A stretch of DNA of 64,000 bases from Octopus bimaculoides (taxonomy: Eukaryota): NCBI RefSeq assembly GCF_001194135.2, contig NC_068982.1, positions 166,820,706-166,884,705 on the forward strand. The letters run 5' to 3'. Both the position numbers and the translations under genes were made by a program. The notes below the pieces were generated by a model that was not told the DNA's origin, did no database searches, and worked only from the letters and a program-made list of their open reading frames with translations. Positions 12,051-26,891 of the stretch are shown piece by piece. Position 1 is the first letter of the stretch. Each line of letters starts with the position of its first letter.

Positions 12051-13099
12051 GATGGATCTTTATCTCTTCTTTTATTATTATTATTATTATTACCATTAGT
12101 AATTGCCAATCAACACTGGCCTGCATCATTTTTAAGGTCCAGGTTTTTTCCGTTGTTTCTATATGTCTTTTGCATGCTGAATTCGGAAATGTCACTCATT
12201 TTGTCCAATCAGGTCAGGTTTCGATGCTATCTCAAATTTAATTTATAACTTCTAACTTTGGCATCACTGACAGAAATGAGTCAAGTGGGGGTATACTGAG
12301 ATTGGGAAAATGGGAGATGCTGAGTTTGAAAGGTGGAACTACATACTATGAACGCCCCTCCTTTTTGTGAACTGAAAAGTAGGGAAACGCCGTACCTGTG
12401 AATAGCCCCCACCTCCCATTTCTGTCAATGTTTACCAATAAGTTTTGTAGAAATGAGTGTAACTGATTTATAGACTAAAATACTTCACTTCTTACTTCAT
12501 CAACTCTGGAGAGGTTGTTGCTGTTGCTGCCTAACCCAAAGTCAGTTCTGATCGAACCAGTCTGCGATCAAAGACAGTCCTGGTGAAACCATCCATTATT
12601 TTCAGACATAATGTCTCTAAGTCTACACTTTCCAATGTATTGTTCTGTTTTCAAAGACGATAGGGGGTGATTTGATGAAGTTTAGGTTGCAATTTCTATT
12701 GGGTCGAACAATCAAGACTTCCTTGTTGTATTAAGTACGGTAGATGTAAAATACCAAGGAAATTTTTGCATTCAGAACTTCAAGAGCTGTAAACTAACTA
12801 CCACAAGGTATTTCAGTCTGCTGATCCATTGCCCGTGCAATACGTTAATGATGATGATGATGATGACGATGACGACGAAGCTCCTTATCTAAAGTGAACA
12901 AAGAGCTACAGGAATTAGGTAGAAGCAGGAAGCTGTTCTCAATGCACAAACTTCAGCCCACTAAAAATTAATATCGATGTTTCATTTAGCAAGAAAGGAA
13001 GGAGGCAGATGTTTATTAAACATAGAAGGCACCATCAATACTGCGAAATAGGGTTTGGAAAGCTATGTTGTGCTACTACTACTACTAATAATAATAATA

Positions 13100-13393
13100 G
13101 TAATAATGGTTTCAAATTTTGCTACAAGGGCAGCCATTTTGGGGAAGGGGATGAATCGATTCTGCCAGTTCGCCACCTTAATAATAATAATAACAACAAT
13201 AATAGCCCTTTCTATTTGGGGGAGGGAAAATATCGATTACATCGACCCCAGTACGCAACTAGTGCTTAACTTATCGATTCCGAAAGAATGAAAGGCAAAG
13301 TCGACTTCGGCGGAATTTGAACTCATAACGTAGCGACGGTCGAAATACAGCTAAGAATTTCGTCCAGCGTGCTAACGATTCCGCCAGCTCGCC
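13100..13393 (-). mobile_element. SINE family C (one near-complete copy plus a fragment)
   Basis: Reverse complement GGCGAGCTGGCGGAATCGTTAGCACG...GAGTTCAAATTCCGCCGAAGTCGACTTTGCCTTTCATTCTTTCGG; central block resembles the Nin/Deu SINE domain. Confidence 0.9.
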
Positions 13394-15230
13394 ACGTTAG
13401 TAACAGTAATAATGATAATAATCGTTTCTAACATAGGCAAAGTTTCTACGGTCTTCTGGTCGGTAGTGTGGGAACAGCATCGTTTTCTTGTAGATAATTC
13501 TACTGCTGTTCTCTTTCCATTTGTTTTTGTTGTTACTATGAGCAGAAACACTCCAAATAGTTTTTGCTGACACAAGTGTGTAACATCTAGGTCTTCTGTC
13601 TGTACCGTCATTGCTAATATTTTTGATCCAGCGTATGTAACACCTCTAGAATAGTCCTGTGGTTCTGAAAGTCATATTGACTTGCAATCTATGCTGACTT
13701 CACCCCGAGCATATACCTTTCTCATTCTTTGTGCGCTTATCACCAGCACAAATTGCTTACAAAGACGATTACGAAATATGCCCCAATGTCATTTACTATG
13801 ATCCTGAATGTTACACTTTTATTACATTGTCCCATGTACTGTATACAAAGTTCATGAATGGATGTTTTGCATATAATATCTGCTTGCCTCTGAGCCTTGT
13901 CCTTGGTCCTGAAGGTCAGGCATTCGGTGCTGTAGGTTTTGCTCTTCATTATGTATAAAATACTAAACCAGCTATATGTTAGAGCTTTCGTTAACGGATC
14001 TTTGGGGTTTACAAAAAAAAAAGTACCTAATTTCCTTTCATGAGAAAAAGGTAAATTATTTTAGCTCTGATCACTTTGCGCAAAGCGATGGAATTTTTAT
14101 GAGCGCAGTTTCACCATGGTTCTCGGACTGTGCCTCATCCATATTCAGAGACTGAATGTTCGAGTTAGTTCGGGCTAAACTGGCAGAACTGGTAGAAATG
14201 TTTCCATTCAAGCAATGATTGTGTGTTTGCGCGTGTGTGCATGCGTTTGTATATGTGTATGTGAAGTGGATGCAGCTGTTATACTTGCTGCTTAGCAAAA
14301 ATTCCAGGCAATTTAAATTAAAGCTTTCCATGGCAGAGAAAAATATGTCTGGCTGGAAAGCAAACTTGTTTATATATATATATTTTTGTTTGTTTTGTGT
14401 TCACTCAAATTACTGTTTCTTCTTTCTTTTTTTTTTCTGCGGGCGTTACTCAGTTTATTTGATGCCATTATGATTCAGANNNNNNNNNNNNNNNNNNNNN
14501 NNNNNNNNNNNNNNNNNNNNNNNNNNNNNNNNNNNNNNNNNNNNNNNNNNNNNNNNNNNNNNNNNNNNNNNNNNNNNNNNNNNNNNNNNNNNNNNNNNNN
14601 NNNNNNNNNNNNNNNNNNNNNNNNNNNNNNNNNNNNNNNNNNNNNNNNNNNNNNNNNNNNNNNNNNNNNNNNNNNNNNNNNNNNNNNNNNNNNNNNNNNN
14701 NNNNNNNNNNNNNNNNNNNNNNNNNNNNNNNNNNNNNNNNNNNNNNNNNNNNNNNNNNNNNNNNNNNNNNNNNNNNNNNNNNNNNNNNNNNNNNNNNNNN
14801 NNNNNNNNNNNNNNNNNNNNNNNNNNNNNNNNNNNNNNNNNNNNNNNNNNNNNNNNNNNNNNNNNNNNNNNNNNNNNNNNNNNNNNNNNNNNNNNNNNNN
14901 NNNNNNNNNNNNNNNNNNNNNNNNNNNNNNNNNNNNNNNNNNNNNNNNNNNNNNNNNNNNNNNNNNNNNNNNNNNNNNNNNNNNNNNNNNNNNNNNNNNN
15001 NNNNNNNNNNNNNNNNNNNNNNNNNNNNNNNNNNNNNNNNNNNNNNNNNNNNNNNNNNNNNNNNNNNNNNNNNNNNNNNNNNNNNNNNNNNNNNNNNNNN
15101 NNNNNNNNNNNNNNNNNNNNNNNNNNNNNNNNNNNNNNNNNNNNNNNNNNNNNNNNNNNNNNNNNNNNNNNNNNNNNNNNNNNNNNNNNNNNNNNNNNNN
15201 NNNNNNNNNNNNNNNNNNNNNNNNNNNNNN

Positions 15231-15345
15231 NAAAGGCAAAGTCAACCTCAACCTCGGCGGAATTTGAACTCAGATTGTAGTGACGGGCGAAACACCGCTT
15301 GGCGTTTCGCTCGGTGTGCTAACAATTCTGCCTACTCGCCACCTT
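15231..15345 (-). mobile_element. SINE family C head (3' part in gap)
   Basis: AAAGGCAAAGTCAAC...CGGCGGAATTTGAACTCAG...GCTAACAATTCTGCC matches the family C head. Confidence 0.88.
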
Positions 15346-15346
15346 G

Positions 15347-16220
<874 letters not shown>

Positions 16221-16499
16221 TAATAATAATAATAAATTATTGCTACCAAGTTTCATTTACATATAAAATGAAACATAGAAAGGTGTGACAAAAATACATG
16301 GAGACAAGCGAAATAAAGTTATATAAAAAAAATAGAAAGAAGAGACGTTTCGTTACACAATATATTAAGACGTTAAAATTTTCGTTTTTTTTTTAAAGAT
16401 ACACGAAATAAATAGATAAATATATAAAAACAATGGTATAATTTAAGGGAATCAGAAACAAATAGGATTACCTACTGACACACAAGCAAGAAACCATCA

Positions 16500-16950
16500 G
16501 CTACGTCGAGTCAGAGTACCCCACGACTGTGCCCACCAATCATACTTTGTATTGGAATCTGGTGCACTCAAAGATGCCCGTGAGCATTTTCTGCGTTGGA
16601 CAGAGTGAATAGCATCCCTTGTATCCTGGCAAATGATTTGCATGTTATGATAGCTTGATAGAGTGATTTTCTCCGAACTCCTTCATACGAGTGTCTGTAG
16701 AACTCTTCTCATCTCATCTCTAAATAACAACTTGCCCTTATTCACTTCCTAGAAATCTTCTATTCGTTCCATCAGGAATACATTGTTGCTTCACACAACC
16801 GGTAAAGATGTGCTTTTCTTGGTTTCAAACTCTGCCAAGCGGATTTCTAGTCGGTCATTTGATTCATGTTAAAAATCTGCTTTTTAGCAGCTTTTTCCAT
16901 TTATGTTCACTTGGTAAACAGTGAGTGCATGTGCTTAGGGGTTGAGGGAC
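16500..16950 (-). mobile_element. Possible heavily decayed LINE C-terminus (R1/I-like)
   Basis: Minus frame LCPTQKMLTGIFECTRFQ loosely resembles the ETxEHxFFxCxRF knuckle; many stops. Confidence 0.3.
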
Positions 16951-17079
16951 GTTGTTGCCTTTGTTTGCCTTGTATGTTTTGTTGTTTTGTTGCTTTGTAT
17001 GTTTTGTTCTTTGTATGTTTTGTTGTTATTTTGTCTTACAGTTATGAATATCCGAATTACTATTTCTGCTTTCTCGTAC

Positions 17080-18950
17080 AGTATCATTTACACACAGTAA
17101 TGTGTGAATAATTTTCTTAAGGTCAACATTTATTTACTCGTGACCAGTTCTAGCCTTTGTCACTAACTCAGTTTTTAATCAAATTAGATATTTACATTTT
17201 TAGATTAGTCACATCCTGAGCTACATTTTCAGCTACAAGATTTGAAAATTGCTTCGGTAGAAAAAAAAAGTTTCAGTAAAATATGTGAGGTTGAAAACGG
17301 GAGAGTAACGGGAGTGTCCAAATTTTTTTTTTCAAGAAATCTATATTTTATTTTAGCTTACATGATAGATCTTGGCGAGAGAAATCTATCCATGTTACTT
17401 ATATGCAAAAATATTCAGTAGAAAAAAGTACTGAGGCAAAAACCGGCGAAACAAAAAAAGATTAACGCCTGAAATCGACTTTGACTCCGAATATTCTTCT
17501 TTCAAAAGAAAACTATATTTAGATTCAACTTTTCTGATAGATCTCGACTACAAGAATCCTATGATACCAATTATATCAAAAACAATTTTAAAATAAAAAA
17601 ACCAGTGGGACCAAATGTGCCGAAAAAAAGTGGTAGCACCTAAAATCAAATTCAAAACCTAAATTTAGTTTTACCTCATATGATAGAACTCATCAAGACG
17701 AGTGTCGTGGTGCTAATCTTTTCAAAAAATACCATTCATATACTACCGTGTGTGAATAATATTTTTAAGGTCAACATTTACTCACTCATGACCACTTCTA
17801 GCCTTTGTAACTAACTCAGTTTTTCCCCAAATCAGATGATGTTTTACATTTTTAGATTGGTCATATCATTTAGGGCTAAAAACTTTGAAAATTGGTTCTG
17901 TAGAGAAAACGTTTGAGTCAAATATGTGAGTTAAATATGTGAGATCACAAACGGGAAAATAACGCCTGAAATCGACTTTGAGTTCAAATATTTTTTTCTT
18001 TTTGAATAAATCTATATTTTATTCTAGCTTATATGATGGATCTCAACGACAGGAGTTTATCCATGTTAGTTATATGCAAAAATATCCAGTAGAAAAAGAG
18101 TACTGAGGCAAAAACCAGGCTAAAAACAGAAGATCAACGCCTGAAATCGACTTTAACTCCAAATATTATTCATCTTTCAAAGGAAAACTATATTTAAATT
18201 TAACTTTTCTGATAGAACTCGACTACAGGAATCCCATGATGCTAATTATAAAAAAAATTAATAAAAACCACTTAGGCCAAATGTGCCGAAAACAGTGGTA
18301 ACGCCTAAAAACAAATTCAACACCTAAACATTTTGTTTTTGTGTAAAAAAATTTGTTTTTGTTTAGCTCATGTGATAGAACTCATTAATACGAGTGCCGT
18401 GGTGCTAATCTTTTCAAAAAATATTCAAAAGGAAAAAAGTTATTATATAAACTAAATGTGCCAAAAGTACATAAAACAATTTTCAAGTAATATTATTACT
18501 TATCTATAGAACTAAGACGACGAGCTGGCAGAGTCGTTAACACGCAAGGTGAAATTTTCGCGGCATTTCGTCTGAGTTCGAATTCTGTCAAGGTCGTCTT
18601 TGCTTTTTATCTTGTAGGTACTCGATAAAATGAGTTTCAGCTGAGTACTGAGGTCGATGTAATCAACTTCTCTCCCATCCAGATTTGGTGACCTTCAGCC
18701 AAAATTAGAAATCAATATTGCAAAATTGTTTGATCAAATTCAGTATTTAAGTATCTTGCAAAGATCTACTTCGCATTCTTAGAATACACTATGTTTTTTT
18801 TTTTTACCAAATTTGATGTTTATACATTTTTAGATTGGTCAACCCCTAAGCTACATTTTGAGTTACAAAATTTTTAATTTGGTTCGGTAGAAAAACGTTG
18901 AGATTTCAAATATGTGAAGTCAAAAGGGGGAGAATAACGCCTGAAATCGA
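17080..18950 (+). repeat. Diverged tandem array of a ~650-bp unit (2 full + 1 partial)
   Basis: TGTGTGAATAAT...AAGGTCAACATTTA starts at 17101 and 17749 (period 648); third partial unit at about 18800-18950; recurrent AACGCCTGAAATCGAC and TGATAGA(A/T)CTC. Confidence 0.9.
18515..18714 (+). mobile_element. SINE family C, lying within the tandem array
   Basis: GACGAGCTGGCAGAGTCGTTA...GAGTTCGAATTC...GATAAAATGAGT...GTCGATGTAATC. Confidence 0.82.
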
Positions 18951-19199
18951 CATCAGGGATATACACGCTGCATACATATTTTCGTAAATACACGCGTACA
19001 CGCGCACACACACGCACACACATGCAAATACACATAAGTAACTTTTAAAACGTTCATGAAGGGAAACAAAGGTGACTGTGACGAATACGAAGCTTTAAGG
19101 AGAGTAAGGAGAGTAAATTGACAATTGATGACAATTGGACTCTTTTCTGCTGTCTATCGTAAACACTCACACACAGACACAGACACACAGACACACACA

Positions 19200-19253
19200 C
19201 ATACATACATACATACACACACACATACATACATACATACATACATACATACA

Positions 19254-19287
<34 letters not shown>

Positions 19288-19320
19288 CATACATACATAC
19301 ATACATACATACATACATAC
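19200..19320. repeat. (CATA)n microsatellite
   Basis: Direct reading. Confidence 0.98.
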
Positions 19321-20804
19321 TTATTGCAGAAAATTGTTACTGAGGTTTAAAGTTCAATCATTTTCACCTAATCAGAAAACAGGATTTAGAAGCTGGCATT
19401 TTCTGCATGATAGTTGTCTATCACAAAATGAAAACAAAATCTTTATACGAGGAGGAATTTTTATTAAACAAACGAAAGCAAAGAACTACGACGACTAAAG
19501 TTGTAAGAACTTCTGAAATTTTAATAAGTGTTTTGTTTGCTTTTAAACTTTAATTCAGTATTAAGAGTAGCAGAATTTAGATTATTATTTCTTATGGTAA
19601 ATTGACAAGGTTTTTGCTTTCAGAGTAGGCAGGATTCAAATTTTTCAGAGTAGCGGGATTCATATTTTATATTTTCAGGCAAGTTGACAAGAACAGTAGC
19701 TGAATTGCGGGCTTTATTTTCATTTTGCATGAATTTCGACTAACAAATTTTGCACTAACAAGGGCAGGTGGCTCCTCCTGCCTTACGGTGAATGCATTGG
19801 CTATTTTTGCATTTTTAAAAACAAGTGGATTATATTTTATTTACAGAAATTGCAGTCTTAAATTGGTTTATGAAAATTGGATTATAATATGGAATTTAAA
19901 CATATATATGAAAACTTCATTTAAAAAAATTTTATTCCTCAAAATTTAATGATACAATATTGTTTCTTTCAATGGGCAGACCTGAAGTTTTCTAGGAATG
20001 CTGTTCAGAGAAAGCAAATGGGCAGGTGGCATTTTTAAAATCATTTTTATATTAGCCAATGCAACGAAACCTTGTCCAGATAACTTTTTCTTACTTTTAG
20101 AATTTAAGAAAAAACATGTGAAAATGAAAAAAAAAAACACAACATAACTTTTTTATTTTAATGAAAAATAATTCAGATATTTTTTAACAAAAGAATAATT
20201 ATTAGTTTTATTGCATTGCCTGAAAAAAAAGTGGATTACAATGAAAAATGTGGGCGCATGCATATTAACATTCTTAAGTTATTACACCTGGAAAAGTACA
20301 GAACAAGATTGCTATAGTAAAATTTGTCTTGTTCGTCACTTCTGAAGGAAACTAAAAAGTACTTAAAATTAAAATTCTACTGTACTTAAAATATCGCAGT
20401 CGAGAATAACATTTTTAAAATTAAAGTATATATTATATTAGGTAAATCTGAGATAATTTATTTTCTTTATTATGAGAATCTAAAAAACAAGTAAATCATG
20501 GTGTAAAAATAATCAAAAATAAATTTGAACATTTTTTTTAATCATGTCTTTTGAAATATACAATTAAAATAGTCATTTTATTTAGTTGTATCAAGTATAA
20601 ACAATAAAATATGAAGTTGTAGATAATATTGCACAAGATTTTATTTTTCATTTGAATTGAAATCCCATTACAAAATAAACATTGATTGCAGCAGAATGGT
20701 CACTAAATGGTTTCAAATCAACCATATGCTTAGTCAATTATTCCACATTAAAAAAAAATTAATCTGACAAATAAATAAGTAAAATTTGTTAGTCAGAATT
20801 GATA

Positions 20805-21234
20805 CAGTAGAATTAGCCTAATTCGTCTTTGGCTAATTCGTTACTTCACCGAATTCGTCACTTTTNNNNNNNNNNNNNNNNNNNNNNNNNNNNNNNNNNN
20901 NNNNNNNNNNNNNNNNNNNNNNNNNNNNNNNNNNNNNNNNNNNNNNNNNNNNNNNNNNNNNNNNNNNNNNNAGACTTAAATAATTTTGCTTTAATATTTT
21001 TTTTTCTGAAAATAATAAAAATTCCTGGAGTTATACATAAAAAGAGTTTCTGAATATAAGCCCATAGGTTTAAAATTAGATGGGGTTATTTGTGGAAGAA
21101 CCCACTAATGTTTTTATAATTTTTGTTATAATAAAATATAGTAAATTTTTAAAATGTTATTTTCGATTGCATAATTTTAATTTTAAGTACTTTTTAGCTT
21201 CCTTTAGAGGTGACGAGTTAGGCAAATTCTACTG
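20805..21234. mobile_element. Tc1/mariner-superfamily (pogo/Tigger-like) MITE, gap inside
   Basis: TA|CAGTAGAATTAGCCTAATTCGTC ... GACGAGTTAGGCAAATTCTACTG|TA: 23-bp TIR with 2 mismatches, TA target duplication. Confidence 0.82.
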
Positions 21235-24200
21235 TAGAAATCTTGTTCTGTACTTTTCCAGGTGTAATAACTTAAGAATATTAACATACATGCGCGCGCA
21301 TTTTACATTGTAATGTAAGTATTGTCATCACAGTAAATACTTATATACTGAAATTACATTATTTGAAAATGTTTCAACATTAACTTCCTCCTCATTTGCA
21401 AATAATTTTGGTTTCATCTAAGGTTTTCTGGTAATGGTTGGAACCTGACCTCACAATACATGGTATTTATCATAAGCTCAGATAGATTACATTCGTTCTA
21501 AAACTTAGCTAAACAGTGTTGCATATCAGATACAACCTCAATATGAAAGTTATCGCTGTTAGCCAAAATAAAAGTCGTGTAATTTGACACTAATGTTTGG
21601 TCTTGGGATCGAGTGGACTACATTAGATAATTATAAACCCATCAGGAATTTCAAGATAATTCAGATGTCTTTAGTTTTTTAAATTATCTTATTATAACTG
21701 CATGAGAAATTTGGAAAGAATATTGTTTATTTGACATTTTATGACTAAGAGAGTTAAAACGAAATTTACATCAACTAACGTCTTCCTTTGCATGTCGATA
21801 TAGAATAACGTTATAATTGAAATAATCTGACACGACTGATATTTTTTAAGTATATCTTTCCTTCTCTGGTAATTTTGTATGTCAAAGATTTATTTGTCAT
21901 GTATCTGTAAATGATTCTTAATTGAACATAACCACAAACATTATGTATAGCTTGACTACGATCATTTTTCTTTTGTAGTTGACAAGAGGTGAAGATCGTG
22001 ATCATTATAAATCCACGACTTTATGAATGCATATTCTTATCACATGTTCGTCATGTTTTTGTTGTCTTGTACTAGTTAAAGGCATTTTGACAGATTAATT
22101 ATCAACGATAATACATTTCTTTTGGAATGTCACTGATATTTGAGCCTAGTAAGGTCCTGGTTAGATTTCAGCTGAAATAAGATGGCAATACTTTGAACAA
22201 ATGTCTTTTAAAGAATATTTGTTTCAAAATAAGTGAAAGAGCAGTGTTTGTGATGGCAATTTAGATGCTTATTTATAATTTAAGGCGGAGTACTTCATTA
22301 CTGATAGCTTTGCCAGTGCCATTTCCTTATTATTTTTTTGTTTTCAGATTGTGGTATTATGCTCTCCGCCAAGTATATCATTGTAATTGCCACGAAATAT
22401 AATTTGATTTTAGATATTCATCTAAAAACGTTATATACATCTTAAATTGTTTCTTTTTTTCTTTGTCTTCATGGTTTGTCATTTTAATTGTGCAGTAGTT
22501 GAGAGGTGTAACATGCTTCGTTTTGTGGAGATGCTTTTGCATTAGTAAAACATTTTAAGAAGACAATATGTTTACCAAGCTAAAGGACTACTATCTTTCT
22601 GCTCTTAGCGAATATATATTTCTAGTTGGGTTTTTGACACTCACTGAATTAAATGTTAACATTATCTTTACTATAGTGTTTTTTAATTTATTTTTTATAT
22701 GGATGATGTCCCTAGGTAATTTAGATTTTTCAGATAATCCTGTTCCAACGAGTGCGGCATTATCAAAATAGCCTCTAGATGGTAAGCACTCAATGACGAA
22801 AGTTCTTTTTGTATTAGAAAATTTATATTGCCGAGAAAAGAAGAGTTATTTATGTATTACGAATAAATTTTTTACCTTTCACTTTATTGCAATATATAGG
22901 CCATCTTTCCAACTCCATCCTTATTTAAGTTGGATACTGAGGAGGATTACTCAATCGCTCATATAATCAAAATGGTGATTCTTTATTATATCTTCGTCTT
23001 CTTTTTTTTACTTTTGTCACCAACCCATGAATAGGGAGGGATCAATAATGTAATGAAAAGTGAACACCAATTAATTTGTTTAATGTGATATGTCCCTGTA
23101 CTACACCATTTTCACCCACATTCTCGTATCAAAAACAAATTCGTAAACTAAATCAAATCTGAAGAACGTTTATATGGAAATGTAAGTTTTTCTTTCTGTG
23201 CATTTCTTAATCGTTTTCCGTTGGCCTGTCCAAGCCAGAAATTCTCTTTTACATGTGGTGCACACACTTGTATGTATGTGCCACATGAACACTATTGGAA
23301 AACCTACCAATCGAAAGTGTTCATAAAAATGCCAAAGTGTAAGATTGATAGTTCGTTCGGTGCATACTTTATCGCAATAAATCGCTAGCTGAGAAATACA
23401 CGGCCTTTGTTTACTCACAGTTCTATTTACACAGTAGGCTGCTGAGGATATTATCCAGTCGTTATCAGGATCAATATATTTTTCTTCTTTTGCATTTTGA
23501 CATTGTTTTGGTCTACAACCTATATGATGAAAATCTCCGCGGAAACCTACAAAGTATCGAATAAAAAAACGACTAAAATTTATATTAGTTGCTTCTCACA
23601 TAGTCTGTCAAGATGACACTTTGTCCGTGAGTCAGTATGTTTGTATGTCTGTGAATAGATGTATACGTGTGTATGTGTGTGCGTGTGTGTGTGTGTGCGT
23701 ATGTGTATTTATGCTTTGGCTTTTTTCCCCATTCTTTGAATTTTTCCTCTAAGATGAAGCTGGTCTCTAAAAAGCAAAGTTTCGTCACTGAAATTTAAAT
23801 AACAATAACAGAAAAGAGTTACATGTTAAATTTTAAAAGTCTTGCATATTTTCACTGCTTTACTTCGATTAAAATCGCTGAAAATTAGTTATATGGTCAC
23901 TTTCGATACTTGAAACCCCAATTTTTCCAGATTATTGCTTAGTAAAATGACCATTTGAGCCAATGGTTTCAGCTACAATATAAATGTACAATAACGACTG
24001 TTCTGTATGTGTGTTCTGGTTTAATTTTTATATTTCTTCACCTAAAGAGAAAGTACAGGCTTCCAACAATGAAACAAGGCTTTTTCATTGCAATTTAGAC
24101 ATCAACTAGTTAGTCATATATGTATGCATCTACAAAAGTACATATACATACATGCAAGCTGTTCCATGCGTCGGTTTATATGTTTTGAATTATGTTTCAC

Positions 24201-24414
24201 TATGCCAAAATATGTTTACTGACACAGTGCAATTGGTTGCAGTTCTATACGCACATGTATATATCGCAGTCAGATGAAAGTCTATATTGACACACATAAA
24301 CAAACAAACACAAAGTATACACACTCACATACACAAGCAAACGCACTTACTGCAATCAGATGCAGTTCTTCCGCAAGCAACTCACACACAATTGTGTACT
24401 CCACTGGAATACTT

Positions 24415-24459
<45 letters not shown>

Positions 24460-24477
24460 CTTTCTTTCTCTCCCCCC

Positions 24478-24510
<33 letters not shown>

Positions 24511-25879
24511 ACACACACACAACACACAACACGCACACGCTCATCTTTACTGCATAAACCTGTGTCTCTCACTCCCTCTCTCTCACAAACGCTCGCATGT
24601 GACATACATAAATTCACACACAGATACACATAAACACAAATATATGTAAAAAGCAGATTAAAGGGATCATAAACAAAGTGTCTTGCAACAGAACGGTATG
24701 TCACGTACAACTAAGCCTGATTTTCTAAAGAATTTTTCGTACATGCAGATTCCGCAGAATCTAACTGACCGGTGCTGATCACCTTGTAGTGCTGCAAATA
24801 ATCTCTTCATGCATCTTGCAATACAAACAATCATCACTAATCAATATGTAATACACACACACACACACAACCTGCCTTATATAAATATAGATACATATGC
24901 ACGAAAATATGTATATATTTGCATAACTTCCTTTTCTTTATTTCTTTAGTATGATTTATTTACCACTGCTAAAGATATGTTGAAATACTGCTTGCAGATT
25001 TGAATGTCCTATCTCCTGCACGTTGTCTCTGTGTATGTCCAAAGGTACAATATTTAGTTTTTTTCTTTTTCTCTTCAGTATACATGGCATCGCCTGTTGA
25101 TGGAGTAATGAAGTGAATTGACTGAAGGTGCTCTACTTTGGTTGTAATGAACCTGGTGCAAGGAAATTAACCACTACATATAATTAAAATGTGTTACTGG
25201 ACGCTATAAGTAAAGATTAGCACCTTTTGTCGACTACAAATAAGCATGTTACTTTTAAAAAAAGGGAGCGAGAGAACAAGTCATTGAGATAAGAGAAACG
25301 GTGTCACTTAGACGGCTTAGCAGCTCTCTGGCTAGGATTACCACTTTTTTTATAGCTGTTAACCATGCTTCTTGAATTTTCGACCAAATTGTTTGGCAAG
25401 GAAACTGGCTTACTTCGTTTGAAGTTTTGCCGCCTCATCTTAAGTCGACCAGTGCTGACTAGTTGAGCCATATTTGCGTAGGCGTTCATACCTTTTAGGA
25501 CGATACTTTTCCTTTTACAGAAATATATTTGCTCGTAGTACTAGACTAGGAAGATCTGAGAGTTATGGTTTAAATTTCAACCGGAGTCTCGCTATAATGC
25601 ATATTCATCTTTCAATCTCTCACAGTGCCTCTCTTGAAGACAAACGTCAGAGGCGAAAAACCAATGCAGCTGCATCATCAAACCCTGAATAACCATACCC
25701 CTGTCATCACTGCAGTCGGATATGTCGATCCCATATCGGCCTTATTTGCCACGATCGAATGCGCAGAGGACATGGACAGCAGCCTTTCTAATCTTCGTCA
25801 GAGAAGCCAAGCCAAGTAAAAATATAGTTCAAATTTACAGAAAAACAAAAAACGAAGACAGGTATAAGAACAACAAGCA

Positions 25880-25979
25880 GGGGTCGATAAATTAAATACC
25901 AGTTGTGTACTGGGGTCGATCCAATCGACTGGCCCCTCTCCCAAAATTTCGGGCCTTGTACCTATAATAGAAAGGATCA
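25880..25979 (+). mobile_element. SINE family C 3' fragment
   Basis: GGGGTCGATAAATTAAATACCAGTT...GGGGTCGATCCAATCGACT...GGCCTTGTACCTATAATAGAAAGGATC. Confidence 0.85.
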
Positions 25980-26302
25980 TTTTTTTTTTTCTTGAAATAC
26001 AGTCTATCGATAACAGTATTTCTGTAGACGTTTCCATTTCATGTTAGGATCTTATTGGCATTCCTATCGATCTCTTATACTCTACTCTAGTATCCTACTT
26101 GTTGGTACCAGTACTGAAGAGGCATTGAAGAATATTTTATATATGTATATATATCAATATGATATTTGTATGTATGTAAATACTTAGTTACATATATATG
26201 CGTGTACGTATGCACATATGTATGTATGTATGTATGTATGTATGTTTGTATATATGTAAGCATGTTTGTATGTACGTATGTATGAATGTGTGTATGCGTG
26301 TT

Positions 26303-26394
<92 letters not shown>

Positions 26395-26891
26395 TGTGTG
26401 CGTGTGTGCGTGTGCGCGCCTGCATGTGTTTCATAGTGTTTATATAAATATATTAGTTAATTCATATTATGGCTTCGCATCGCTCACATCGCTATCCATA
26501 TGGTATTAATCGAGTGAATATCAGTGATTCTGAAAGGACGTGAAGTGAAGGTAGAAGTGATAGTTTAACGTGATGCAATGTAATATATGATGTCATCAGC
26601 ATGGAGAAAAATATGGCTGTGACCGCAGGTGGTCATTAACCCATTTTTTTATATTTAATATGGATAGAGGGTGGAGTAATATATTATATTTTCAGTCAAA
26701 CATAGATTGCGTTGCTTTTCACTTTCATACTTGAAGGAAACTTCTCTATACAAAATATGAGATTTTGAAGTCTTCTTTTTGTTATTTATTTATTCATTTA
26801 TTTATTTAATTACTTACTTGTCACAGTGTACCTTAGCTATTTTCACTGGAGTGATGTTCGAATGATTTCGTATGCTTGTGTAACTGCTCCT

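Noticed and set aside
13400-13950. Possible LINE endonuclease remnant on minus (similar weak hints at 32040-32230, 56400-57000, 57480-58110, 63400-64000)
   Set aside because: Only loose motif echoes (STWDNV, IAGH, LSSTAYKI); not enough to call without a profile search.
17080-18950. CRISPR-like array
   Set aside because: Units are ~650 bp and colinear with no unique spacers; eukaryotic context. No CRISPR array was seen anywhere in the window.
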